A stretch of 64,000 nt of DNA, taken from contig JAAPAO010000132.1 of the NCBI GenBank assembly GCA_013115145.1, forward strand, positions 2,729 to 66,728, read 5' to 3'. Source of the DNA: Perkinsus chesapeaki ATCC PRA-425. Lineage: Eukaryota > Protista > Perkinsozoa. Shown here one piece after another: positions 51,901 through 64,000 of this stretch (the first letter of the stretch is position 1; each line of letters opens with the position of its first letter). The notes under the pieces are model-generated. The model saw only the letters and a program-made list of their open reading frames with translations, did no database searches and had not been told where the DNA came from. Position numbers and translations under genes: made by a program.

Positions 51901-54033
51901 ATCCGATTCATTAGTCCCTACTGTTCGTATAGGTGGGATTTGTATGCTACTCTGTCAGGTGATTGAGCAGCTTCTTCGGCCGGATTCCTGGCAGCCAGAT
52001 GTTGACCCAAATAGGTTTCTGTTGCAGCCCTCAGAGGTGAGGCAATTGTGTAAATCAGTACTGCAGTTGTTGAGGAAGCAACCAATGGTAACGATACAGT
52101 ATAGTTGCCGGTGCTATAGAAGAGTAGGTGTTGAAATTGAGGGCGCCCATTAAAGTATACGGTGACATCCACGGACAGTTCCTGGACCTTATGCGCCTCT
52201 TCCAAAGGTAGGCGCCTGCTCCACTTATGCCTCCCCGAACGCCTCTTTTAACGACTTCATACAGTCTACTTCGTCTGCTGCATTTTTCTGTCTCCTCTCC
52301 TCCGATGCTGTCGGTCGAAGCGTATGATTGTTGGTCGGAGGATGGGAAATGCTTACCGTTTCTCCTCAGATATGCTGCCCCTACTGATGGACCGGGTGGG
52401 GATATCGATGCGATGGACTACCTCTTCCTTGGGGATTATGTTGATAGAGGATCCTTCTCTTTGGAGACGATATGCCTACTGTTTGCCTTGAAAATAAAGT
52501 AAGCATCATCACGAACAGTGCAATAATGGTCAAAGTCGTTGTACTGTAGCAAGTGGACGAGCTCGCTAAGTAGAATTATAATAGTCTTAGTACTAATAAT
52601 AACTATATCCATCATTTATGACAGCCACTATCAATACCTTTGAGAAGTTCGATCGAGTCATTATCTTGATTATCGTAGTAATGATTGGCACAACTGTATG
52701 GATGAATATCACCAGTAGTGTGGTATCGTTGCTCTTAATTGTTCCTATTAGCTGCATAGTAGCGGTTATAGATACCCGAATCAAATCCATTTAATACGGG
52801 GTAACCATGAGGACCCAGCCATCAATTCGACATATGGTTTTCGAGATGAGTGTAAACGACGTTTACGAGATGACGTCGATAATGATCCCAACTGCAGCTG
52901 GGCATGGTTTAACAAGGTGAGCCTCCTTGTTGTTATTCGTCTCTATTACCTATCCCTCAGGTATTTGAGTGGCTGCCGTGTGGTGCTGTTATAGAGGATA
53001 GAATACTGTGTATACATGGTGGGATTGGTGGTAGCATCGATAAGGTAAAGAAGAAGAAGAAGAAGGCATCATCATCCTGTTACAAGGGTATTTAATGATT
53101 AGGTGGAACAAATAGCTAAATTGGAACGTCCATTGGTTGTAGAGCAAACCCCCATGACAGCCGTTGATCAGCAGGTTACCGATTTATTGTGGTCAGTATC
53201 TGCAAATGGTTAAATAGTTGTACGTGATGTTCGCTGGTAGGTCGGATCCTACCGACTCGGATGATATTTACGGCGTTACTTCAAATGAGACTAGGGATCC
53301 CGATGGCTCCGGTCACATAGTAAAGTTCGGACCAGACAGGTAGGATTAGAATCCGCTGAGTCTGCCGTTGTAAGCCTGCCCTCAGAGTTGTCCAGTTTCT
53401 AGAGGAGAACGCTCCACTGACTATGATAATTCGGGCACACGAGTGTGTTATGGACGGTTTCGAGAGATTCGCCGACGGTCGACTTATAACGCTTTTCTCA
53501 GCGACAGATTACTGCGGCCACCACAAGAATGCCGGTACTTGACATCGAACGTTGTTTGACACTTTTGTCGATATTTCCTGCTGCCAACAGGTGCATTACT
53601 TTTTATTCGGCGTGACTTGACAATAGTACCGAAGCTCATATATCCTGTGGACCGGGCTAGTCTAGGATTTGGGGCCCATGATACTCCACCACCACAAGGA
53701 GCAGGCATGCAACGTTTGCAGAGAATGCAGTAAGTCGATCATTGCATGATCGTCCATTTGGGTCAGTGTTTATCTTGGCAGGCCTAATTGGGATGCTTCT
53801 ATAACAAGTGCTAGGCCACCGACCCCACCGCGGCCGAGTCGTGAAGCACACACGCCTCCGGGAATGCATCCTTTCTCTCATAACCATCCTCAAGAAGCAA
53901 TACCTCTACCCGCGGCAACGGCTGCCTGGACGTAGCTACTCTTATATCACTGTAACACTAACCAGTTGTCATTACTATTGCTGCTGCTGCACTGTAAAGC
54001 GTACCGAACCTAAGCACTAAGCCGCACTACTGA
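49000..54033 (+). CDS. PPKL: Protein phosphatase with Kelch-like repeats (PPKL/BSU1 family)
   Basis: Kelch repeats PRFGHT...LFGG, PRAAHAA, RYGHTM, PRAYHSA...FGGRT and PRFQHVA, followed by a PPP catalytic domain with [41 protein letters not shown] and LFSATDYCG. The 3' end is approximate. Confidence 0.95.
50144..50250 (+). ncRNA. Candidate intronic box C/D snoRNA
   Basis: Lies inside the 245-nt PPKL intron 50080-50324. Box C ATGATGA (50151-50157) and box D CTGA (50242-50245) are closed by a terminal stem GACAG/CTGTT. No rRNA target identified. Confidence 0.35.
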
Positions 54034-54302
54034 GGATGGTGATGTATAAGCACGTCGTGACCTATTCTGACTCTTTTATTATTGCCTCTAATTTGCCTCT
54101 TCTATTATACATTGTTTAGCTGGGGGCGTTGGAAAGTATTGCGGATATAACAGGTGTCGTCTTTTCAGTTGTCAATGTTCCTTATTTATATAATACACAA
54201 TAATTGTTAAATATAGCTGATAGTAATACTTCTTCTTCTTGGCACCTCGAGGTGCATCTGCCCGATCAGGCCTGGTCCTGGTAGTTCTTGTATGGTTACT
54301 CT

Positions 54303-54479
54303 ATGAGAAGCTACTCCACTCTACTCCTCTTCACGTTGTGGCCGATTACGGTGCTCAATGAGGACACTTTAAAGAAGCTTTTGCTGACACTTGATGGTTG
54401 GCGGGGGCCACCGACTGTGGAGCTTCTAGATGATATCACGCGTAAGCAGCATTCGCTGGCAAACCATATACAGTGGTAG
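54303..54479 (+). CDS. Possible first exon of a small secreted orphan
   Basis: MRSYSTLLLFTLWPITVL is hydrophobic and is followed by a GTAAGC donor-like site; downstream exons are unresolved. Confidence 0.25.
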   Translation: MRSYSTLLLFTLWPITVLNEDTLKKLLLTLDGWRGPPTVELLDDITRKQHSLANHIQW

Positions 54480-54896
54480 CGGTCTAGAGTATCGAGGGGC
54501 CTATCATATTTTAGTCAGTTTAGCTTACTTAGTAGGGCTACTTACGCGGCACTAGGCATGTTGAAGCTGGGCAATCATCCTTGATACCCGATCATGTACA
54601 ATCGTTATGACCATTATGTCAGATCATCAGAGAACTACCCTGGAGTCTCACCCGAGAAGGGTTTCTAAATCTAGTTTAATTATAGAGTGACGACACTTTC
54701 TCCGATACCTTCATAACGAGCACCCCTCATAACTTAGTAGACGCAACAAATATGTGTTATTGTCGAGACTGGGCTAACAACATTATAATAATGTTGAAAG
54801 GCAGCTTTTGAAAAATAGCTCTATATTCCCTCACGGGAGGCAGGCTTAACTCAAGGAGCGAGGGGTCTCCACAGGATCGAGCAGTCTGGGCCTAGA

Positions 54897-55439
54897 TCAC
54901 CAGTGAAACACAGCAGGCAGTGAGCAAGCCATGGCTATCCAGCTACCGATGCTATGATGACCTTGCATAGCTGGATTGGGTACCTCAGTTAGGGCTCTAA
55001 GGGAACGAGTCAACACGTTAACAATTAGAGATCCGATCTCAGGTGTCCACGTTAGAACCCATGGCTCACTTGCGGAAGTGAACATTCCAAATAATCCATG
55101 CACACGGACAATTCCTGGGAAATCTGATCCGGCCGTTCCCCGTGGCTCTGTTACCGTAGCAGCATCCCAGTTTAGCCTATGCTGGTAGGGGAAGTCGGGG
55201 TCTGTCTCGTAGGGCACGAAGGCGTCCAGGGTGTAGAGGGGAGATTGGAATATCAAAAAAGCGATAGGTATTGTATCGGCAGAGACACCAAACATTACGG
55301 TTAGGCGCCAGTCGGTGGCCGGCGAGTCGGGACTAGCAGCGACGTAAAACATTCTTCCATTTGGTGTAGTGGGAGGTGGCGTCTGGGCGCTGCAACCACC
55401 CGCGAAGAGAAGATATAACAGATAGGAGAATTGTTTCAT
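54897..55439 (-). CDS. Secreted lineage-specific hypothetical protein
   Basis: 180-aa ORF with signal peptide MKQFSYLLYLLFAGGCSA followed by QTPPPTTPNGRMFY. No family recognised; an intron near the 3' end is possible. Confidence 0.75.
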   Translation of the reverse strand: MKQFSYLLYLLFAGGCSAQTPPPTTPNGRMFYVAASPDSPATDWRLTVMFGVSADTIPIAFLIFQSPLYTLDAFVPYETDPDFPYQHRLNWDAATVTEPRGTAGSDFPGIVRVHGLFGMFTSASEPWVLTWTPEIGSLIVNVLTRSLRALTEVPNPAMQGHHSIGSWIAMACSLPAVFHW

Positions 55440-55813
55440 CAGTGAAAGCCGTTAACTAAGAGCTTGGAAAGATAGGCACTCGAGTTAGTATCAAGTGCTT
55501 GGCCTCATTTCAACAGAGATGTACGTTAATTCCAATCAACCAGCTTCGGTGCGTTATCCTTAGCTATATTAACGAATCATCCGGAGCCGACAACTTCCAT
55601 CATCCTGCACCCGACTATCCTAAGCTTCTCACTGATACCTTGCCAACTTTCTGTCGATCTCCTTGAGTAAGGTTAACTGTTAATCAATGCAACGTTTACA
55701 ACTTGATTGGGGCACTTCTCAGAGTACGCCGTATTGCGCGTCTCACGGATCGATTCGAGCCTTCGCTGGAGATTTAGCCGCAAAATGGCATTGACCATGC
55801 TGCCTCCTCCATA

Positions 55814-57554
55814 ATGGACTGCCTGTCACCAGTTCGGCATTCCTGCCTGATGCTGGTTCTCAATCGGTTTCATCATCGCGCGAGACTGAAACCTCTCAAC
55901 TGGGAGGCATTGCGGGCCGAGCGTCTCCATGCGCGTGCGTGGACGGATCGCGCCGTGTCAGGTTTCCACAGTAACATGTGTGTTGCTCGAAGATTTCGAG
56001 GCAATAGCCGCGGAACCCTTGATTTGTGCAATCTGTCGGGAGAACGGGTTCGCACCTTAAGCAGGATAACAAGTTTCGGATTCCCATTCCTGTGTTATCT
56101 ATTTTTATAGCTAAGCTTCATACAGTGAAGGCAGTGGATTATGCAGTCAGCAGCATTAACTCGTAGCGTTCAGTCCTATTCGGTAAGGTTGCCGGCATGT
56201 GATGGGGAATGCCACAGTCGCTGGTATGCCCAAAGCACCAATGACTATAGCTCAAATCAGATAGCTCCACAATGAAGCTTGGAGGTACCATGGATGCGCG
56301 TCTTCATTATAATAAACCGCGTCGATTGCATTCATACACACTATACGGTGTAACTTATGACACTATCGTCATTCTGGTCAATCACCCAATTAGATTGCAG
56401 CGGACTCACTGTGGGTTGTATGCTTGTACCTGGCATGGAGTATCATAGAGCGTGGGAAGGAGGAGGTCGATTGTGTGCTAGTTTGGGGGATACCAGTGCG
56501 CTCCCCACGCGAGTGGTGTAATAGCCATTCTCTAGTTGTTCTGCCTTGGTTTACGTTGTTGCCATTTTACACATCATAACGTGGATTTTACCGGAGCAGT
56601 AAACAAATGAAACAGTGAGAGTGTTTGTGGCAGGTACGGCTGCTACCTCGATGCTCGAAGACTCGGTCAGACACTTGGAGAACGGTGTCAGCAGCATACT
56701 CCTCAGGATGCGCAGAGCCACTGAATTTTGTTCCAATGTCGACGATTATGATTGCGTGAAAAGAACGGGTAGAAGTTTCACATGGTCGAGGCATGTCCGT
56801 TGAATATTCGCTCACCAGGGAGTGCGTATGGCTGGGAGATCGATACACAACGATGGTTACAGAGCGGGCAATTTCAAGTTCCGCCCCACGTACATCTCCA
56901 CACCTTGCCGATCGGCCCTTGGAACGATGACATCGAATCACCAGCTCTAGCAACTTGCAGTCGCGTGCTGGAGATTGTTAGAATGCTCCAAAAGTACACC
57001 CCCAATGACCAAGGGCCCATCTTAGTCGTTTCGGATTCCTGTGCTTTGATCAATAAGACTACGACAAGTCATTCCACACAGTAGGGGCATCTCATCCAGT
57101 CAGCATCACGCTTACATCATCAGTTACGCTCTGCTATACGATGGGAACCACCCGGGGGTTGACTTAAATGGTTGTCCTCCAAGCGCAAAAGTGATAAAAC
57201 TGCCGGACTTGTATGATGGCAGCGTAGACGCTCTGCTTTTGACTAGCATGGCTTCAGACAGGAATCCTATGGAGAAGGTCCTTTCTTTGGAGTCTAGTGT
57301 AGATTACCTGTCGCTGACACTTTGCTTGTTATCTCTATCAGGTGAAACCAGGTGGTATCGTCCTGTCATGCTGCATCTCACCTGCTACGGATCCAGGGTC
57401 AATCGACAAACTGTTCCGCCATCGGAATGGTGGTGAAGTATACATTGCCCCACCTGGGGTATTTTGGTGGTACAGAGAGCCATCAGAAGAGGAAGAGGCA
57501 ACATGACCTGTCGTTCATTTCCCTACCCCTTGTTGTCTTGCGTTGGTTAATCTG
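55814..57554 (+). CDS. Multi-exon hypothetical protein, model unresolved
   Basis: Exon-like frames GTAATSMLEDSVRHLE...CVKRT|GSAYGWEIDTQRWLQ...NDQGPILV are phase-consistent across a GT-AG intron. The ends are uncertain. Confidence 0.4.
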
Positions 57555-57617
57555 AGCCGTTGCTCTCCACGACCCAGCGGTAGGGTGGGTAAGACCGGTT
57601 TGATAGTAATATTGTTA

Positions 57618-60600
57618 ATGGCATCAGAAGTTGGATTATCTTCGACGACGCCACGGTCTGCTTCATCAGCCGGAAGACTGTAAGTCTCGCTACGAGATTC
57701 TTTCCAGTGTCCTTCAGGGTATCCACGCCCACGTCTTCGGTTGCGATGAGTGGTGTGTTCACGGCTCTTGCTGACTTTGTAGCAGACCAGGCGACCTTAA
57801 ATAACATTACGAGCTGCGATGGCCGGAAGTCTTCAGAAAAAGCAGCTAGCTTGGTGAGTGACCAAGCAGTTTGAGACTATCACCAAGACTACCACTGTTG
57901 TCACTAGTTGCGTAGAGCCGCTGCAGCACTTCGCGAAGATCACGGTGACAAGAAAGGGACGTCGAACTTCGACTGCATCCGAGCACAAAACGCATTTCAT
58001 GAGAATCTTCGACTGCTCACACATTCGTTAAGTCACTACCACAGTACTCTCACATCAGGCAGGAAAACCACACACCACACTTTCGAAGCTACTTCCGGTT
58101 TGTTCAGCTCCAACTAGTACCGCGACTTCGTTGGGGAAAAATGCCCCTGAAGGTTCCTTGTCAACAGTAACCAGCAGTGCCGTGACGCCGGTCGAGTCTG
58201 CCGTGATGGACTTACTCGCCAGTACGTGGTGCGGCATCGCCAACATCACTAACTATGGCATTATTTCAGGCAGCACTATCAAGTCAGATTCAGAGCTCAA
58301 TAGAAGGCTAGATGAGCTAGTAGCCTCACCGACATGCGACACAACTCCGACCGTTAACCGATCGGAGTCGGCAGATTCACTCAGAGACATCGGCTGGAGG
58401 GCTACCTCATGTAGACGAGGACCGCTTACTGTCGCCATCACGGATATCTACTCTATATCGGTCGTTGTCGGTAAAGCTGTGTGATGGCGGCCGACTAGTA
58501 TACATGCGTATAGCGTTGATTCCGGCCTCTCTCACCGGTGCTAGGTGGGAGGCCATTCATGGATGCTTACCGCTAATCTTGTCATCTTTGCTATCACCCA
58601 TTCCGAAGATCGCCTTCTACAGTCGCGAGTCGAGCTTCCACTATTATTAATCGCCCCGAACTGGCCAAGACTTCCTTATTGGACAGTCCCTTCTATCGTG
58701 GCTTTTTATTCAACTACCCGGTCAGATCCTCGATCCCCATCGGCCGGGCTCACATCTGGTATACTGGAGGAGGGCTCACATTCCGAGCACTATGTCCCGC
58801 GAGCTTCCAGGTGAGGAGAGCGTCTCCTGTCGAACATCGAGGCATGTTCCCGAGCGATCAGGCTACCTGGATATCCCGACCCTCCGCCTGATGAATGGGG
58901 CGACTGGGATGAGTACCGCGATGATCGTGATCCTGGGTATAGAATCCGTGACATTGAGGAGTCTGAGCTCATGAGAGAGATCGCTCGGAAGGAGCACCGT
59001 GGGGCAACGACCACCGCTGACAGTCATCTGCTCGTAGCATTGACAGAGCTTTCTCACTACTGTTCACGTGAGGTTAGGCCGCTGATGGAGGAGAACGTGC
59101 GGCCGAGGTTATTACGGAAATGAATGACGATGACGACGAATTATTAATGGTGCGTTGTAGGGGTGCTCATCCTTCAGTCTTTAGTAATCACACTGCCAAA
59201 GCACAGTTCTCTCGCTGCAGTCACTGCACTTATAGCATCCTCAACAGGCTCACCCCGCTGTCCGGTCCGGACCAGCCAATGCTCCCGTATCCCATCACAC
59301 CGGCGCGGCTGCTGCTTCGGCCAGAGGGGAGGCGCTACTCGGAGACCTGCAGCCTGAAAGTACCGTGGTCCGGCTCTACCATGTCGCACTTGAAGAGCTC
59401 TAGGTCGGACTTATGACAAACCGCCGAGCCCAGCTTTTGGTGCTCGTGCAGCAGAGATACCCCAAGAGAGACCAGCGAAGGCGAGCGACAACTCTCAGCT
59501 ACTACCAGCTCAAGAATCTCGGACAAGCCTCAAGTGCGAACAGTGCATTGTTTGGATATTTCCTACGGATACTTTGCCATAAGTCTTTGCGCATTTCTTG
59601 TCAATGCTGCGTCAGGTATGATGCCTATGGGAAGGCACATGAAGTTACCGTGTACAAGACAGAGGTCTCAGCGCGGCATGATATTGCCATGTGGCGGAGG
59701 AACAGCCTCATCCACAGGTCCCCACGGACTTCTACTAGTGATGACTTTTATCCAGTGAAATGGTACAAAATTCTCATCGTGTTCCCCATAGTCGCCGGAC
59801 CAGGCATAAGGAGACATCTCTCGAGGCCATACCAACTGCTGGTAGCAAAACTATGCGGACACCCCCGCGGCCTGAGTCTTGTAAGATATTCGTAAATAGT
59901 TGTCCATGGGAAGGTCGAGCCACTTCAGGTACGTATGATGTGTTGCCCCTCAATATCGTATATGAGAGGAACAGAACGGGTTTTGAGGAGACGAAAGAAT
60001 TCCAGGTTGTCACGAACATGGTTATCGCAGCCAGGTGAGCCAGCGTTGTGGTTTGGTGACACTGATGTCATCAGCCAGGTATAGAGTGACGGGATTCCTC
60101 GGCTCGGCAGCTTTCAGCAAAGCTGTGCAGGCCTGGGATATGCGCCTTAAACAGCATGTGATCAGCCTCTTTCTGCGCCCGTGTCATCAAGAGCTCTTTC
60201 CGCCGCCTTAGGTGTGCATGAAGATCATCAAGAATGATAAGGACTTTTTCGACCAAAGCCTTGATGAGATCAAGCTTCTCAGTCTGCTGCAGCTCAATGC
60301 GCCAGAAGGGGACATTGACAGGGCTCGATGCCTAAGGTAGGACGCAAACTTCCCGCTGCTGTGTGTTCACTCCCGCGATGCTATCTTCCAGAATGATCGA
60401 CTATTTCTATCACAAGGAGCATCTTATTATTGTAACGGAACTTCTAAGGGACAATCTGTAAGCTGCCCGCTCGCCTTCGGTAATAAATGTTCCTGCATTT
60501 TCCAGGTACGAGTTTTCTAAACTCACTCGGGTTAGGTCTCCACCTCAACCTCAATCACCACTGCCGGCCTTCGGAAGCCCGATAGGGGGCACTCCAACAG

Positions 60601-61758
60601 CCTTACCGGTACAATCCAACGACACTGGCTTCTAGATGAGAGATATATCCATCAGGAAGCATCGCCTCCGGTGTCTCATTACTTCACAATTGGACGACTT
60701 CAGAAGATAACACAGCAGGCAAGTGTTAAGCGTATTACTACTAGTAGAGCTGTTGAATAACTGTAAGGTCCTCACAGCTTTGGAGTACATCCACTCTATG
60801 GGTTTAATGCACTGTGATTTGAAGCCGGAGAATATCCTCTTCCAAAGCTATACTGATGCTACTGTCAAGGTCAGCCTCAACCATAGTCACCCGCCTTGTC
60901 ACGACATTCTCAGGTCATCGATTTCGGCAGCAGTTGCTTCATTACCGACCAGTTAGCAACTTATATTCAAAGCAGATGTTATCGTGCACCCGAGGTGATG
61001 ATGGCGTTCCTTCCTCTTTAGCACCCAAGCTCGGCCTTGTAGGTTATTCTCGGGCTCTCCTATGATACTTCAATAGACATTTGGTCCCTAGGGTGTATCG
61101 TTGCTGAGCTTTGGACCTCAACCGTGCTCTTCCAGAATGACTCGGTAAGTCGAAGTCTCGTGATAACTAGTGACGTGTACAATCTGCTGTGATCAGGTTC
61201 AAAGTCTTCTTGCTCGTGTAGTTGGTATTATTGGCCCCTTCCCAGAGCACATGATGCAATTAGGAAAGTGAGCCGCTCAAACTATGCTTTAAAATTCATC
61301 TTATCGTTTTAGACTGATACCACGTTACTTTACACGTGATCGTCAAATATATATGGAGCATCAGCCAGTTAATCCGATGACAAGGTCCGCATCTTGGGGT
61401 ACTTGATGACCAACATCAGCCACTACTTCCATAAAGTTGTTCCCGCAGATAGCCGACATCAGCGTGCGTCTCCTCCGCCATCACCACGACTGCTGCAGAT
61501 TCTGGTGCCGAAGGAGACTAGTCTGTACCAGCGCATGCGTACGCCTTTCTTTGTTACAATCTCTCTGATTTCGAGCTAGGCACACGGGACGAAGCTTTCC
61601 TTGACTTCTTAACTCAGTGTCTACAGTTGGACCCAAATCTCAGGCCTACAGCTCGCGAAGCTCTCCAGCATCCATGGATCGCCCAGTCTAGGTGAGATGC
61701 TTCGTGCTCTCCACACCTTCAAGGACTCCATAACAGCAGGTATCCAGATGGTTTATAA
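57618..61758 (+). CDS. DYRK-family kinase (plant/protist DYRKP-like) with a long low-complexity N-terminus
   Basis: [98 protein letters not shown] and DIWSLGCI; ends YPDGL*. Confidence 0.92.
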
Positions 61759-61979
61759 TGCCAATGATTTAATTTCTAAGTCATCTCATTGAACTTTGGT
61801 TGCTAGTCAATTGACAATAAGTTTGATACGGAGTTTCTCAATTGTTTGTAGCACCCTCAGCCTGAGGGCCCAAGGTCGACAACTACGAGACGCAACAAAT
61901 CTATAAACATAAGTTCATGAACAACGACACCTCGTACAGCATATACACAAAACATGTTCATGAACCAAGCGACTGACTC

Positions 61980-63777
61980 TTATGACTTCTTTCCCTGAAT
62001 TTCCTGAAGCAGCCTATTAACTGGATTCTCTGGATTGTCCCAGGCCTCTTGATAGACAGGAACCATCTGGGAAATATACTTAGTTGCTTTATTTCTAAGC
62101 TAAACTCACCTCGCGATCTTCACAGAATCCCTCGAACAATACAAACATTTTTCCTAATACAGAATCCTTCTTAACGACATATTCTCTCGGTTTGCCAGCG
62201 TTCTCGATAAGTTTCATATCATCAACAGTGGGGCTACTGTCTGGTAAGGGGATGCTCCCATTAGCTCTGGCATAGCTTTCAACTGCCAGCAGATAGTCGA
62301 ATAAAGCAGCTTTGCATAGTGAATCCGTCGACTCTATCTTCATATCTTCCTTTATCGCCGGACTCGGGAAATATGCCTTAATATCTTCCCGTATCCTCTC
62401 CGTATCATAAGTCTTCCTGAAAATACGACCCGTACCAGACGTCACTGATACGTCACATAGTCTACAGGCCGACAGGTCTTACGCAGCGGGAGTGACGACT
62501 TTCGTAAGTTGGAAGCCTTGGTCGATATCCATCTGCGGAACATGGGGCTCGTCCTTGCTCTCATCCAACTTCAGACTGCAGAATGGGGCGATCTATAAGA
62601 CAAATAAAAATAAGCAAGGAGAGAACATGTAGGGTATCGCCGCAGCAGAGCAGACGTCCGGACTAGCGTATATAATCATCGTCAAAAAGAGTTCATCTGT
62701 TCCGAAATCAAACAATTCAAGCGAAGTTAAAATACAATGTAGCTGAAGATTTACAAGTAATTGATTACCGGTTGTGATGGTTTAAAGAACCGCCAACCTT
62801 CGTCTCCAGCGTTCTTTGTTACTGCATTCGCAATGATAATTGCTGTGGAAGACGTGGTCTCCACCGAATAGTGATTGGGGCCTCCTTCGTCTACTTTCCA
62901 CACATTTTGTGATTCTATATCCAGCTGTTTAGATAGCAGCGGGAAAAGGTGTTCTGTGTACTCTTCAGCTTGCTTGTAAAAGTGTGCTTTAAGACTCTTT
63001 AGAGAACGGACAAGCTTGGCTCGGCATGTTTCCGCCTCTCCTTCATCAGTAACATCGCCGCTTTCCGGGACAAGGCCTTCATGGAGTAATGGTATTTCGA
63101 TCGATCTGAACAAAACTAGGACATCCCACTTTGTGGAACAACTAGTCTTACTCGCAAACGCTGGTATCTTCCTGTTGTCTCTGATAGCAACCCTGTAAGG
63201 ATCTGTCCCTCCTCAGTTGTAGGTTGTATTGTGCAGAATCGTCGGATCCACGTACTTCGAACCACTCCGTCTTAATGTTGCATTCCACGCCCTGAGGGAT
63301 TCGCAGTGACAACGCCAGATGGAATTTTGCAAGTATCCGATTCTTCACCATATCCATCATGTCACCCCATTTTGTTGCTTCTTCAATATGCGACTTCATC
63401 TTGTCGTACAGCACGTCGATGCCGGCTGCCCACTGGGCTAGCATCTTGCCGTCCACATCCACATCTTCATTTTTCTCTAGGCCCTCTAGCGTTTTCAAGC
63501 TTCTTCCTTGAGGGTCGAGAACAAGGGTGTCGGTCATTTTGCAAGCATCGGCAAGGTATTTGCTGAGCCTTTCGGAGCAGGCTCCACTGGTGGCTGAAGA
63601 TGACTGTGCTGCACCGTTCATAAGTTCTTCCAACAACTCCTTCGATGGATGCAATATAGACCTACGGAACGAAATTCCTGTACTATTTGACCGACCCTGC
63701 GCTTAGAAGATCGGTAGGACAAGTTACTCTCCATCATTTATGGATTTGAGGGGCCCTCCGTTGGCATCCCCCTCCAT
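61980..63777 (-). CDS. Lineage-specific hypothetical protein, multi-exon; start uncertain
   Basis: Long coding-like exons (168-, 120- and 116-aa frames) and a phase-consistent last exon MVPVYQEAWDNPENPVNRLLQEIQGKKS*. No family recognised. Confidence 0.65.
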
Positions 63778-64000
63778 ACGGTACGTGTTGTATATTATTT
63801 CATTGTTCTCGTCCCTGTTATCTGTACCGAGAGCGTCGGGAGCGTCGGGATCTCTGTCCCCTGTCCCCTCAGAATACTACGCTGGGTGGGAAGGGAGGGT
63901 AGAAAAGTAACGCGTCAGTCCGCGTGATAGTCGACAGCAGGCCGGGGATCATCACCCCGCCAGGTGACACCAAACACAACACGCGCACGGCGAGGCCCGG

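Overview
Gene-dense eukaryotic genomic DNA with many short (~40-60 nt) GT-AG introns, so the ORF track catches only exon fragments. I stitched gene models by hand, and most start and end coordinates are approximate. The intron style, an alveolate/plant-type Kelch phosphatase and orphan secreted proteins suggest a perkinsid alveolate such as Perkinsus (inference). About 23 protein genes are present. In order: a partial acidic-tailed gene, an intronless MmpL/RND transporter, an ~11-kb RICTOR gene, a signal-peptide/TM orphan, a mitoferrin-like carrier, alanine-glyoxylate aminotransferase ending in a PTS1-like SKM, an ABCG half-transporter, a His-rich secreted protein, an LSD1/KDM1-type amine oxidase fused to an extended PHD finger, a paraoxonase-like propeller, two tandem mitochondrial carriers, DBP4/DDX10, an ankyrin protein, a TDY MAP kinase, an Ap4A phosphorylase with an N-terminal hydrophobic anchor, PPKL, a DYRK kinase and several orphans. 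Non-coding candidates are two degenerate tRNA-like elements, an intronic box C/D snoRNA-like element and several unusually long introns. I found no CRISPR array, rRNA or recognisable transposase/RT. The most notable items are the KDM1-ePHD fusion, RICTOR and the intronless MmpL gene.
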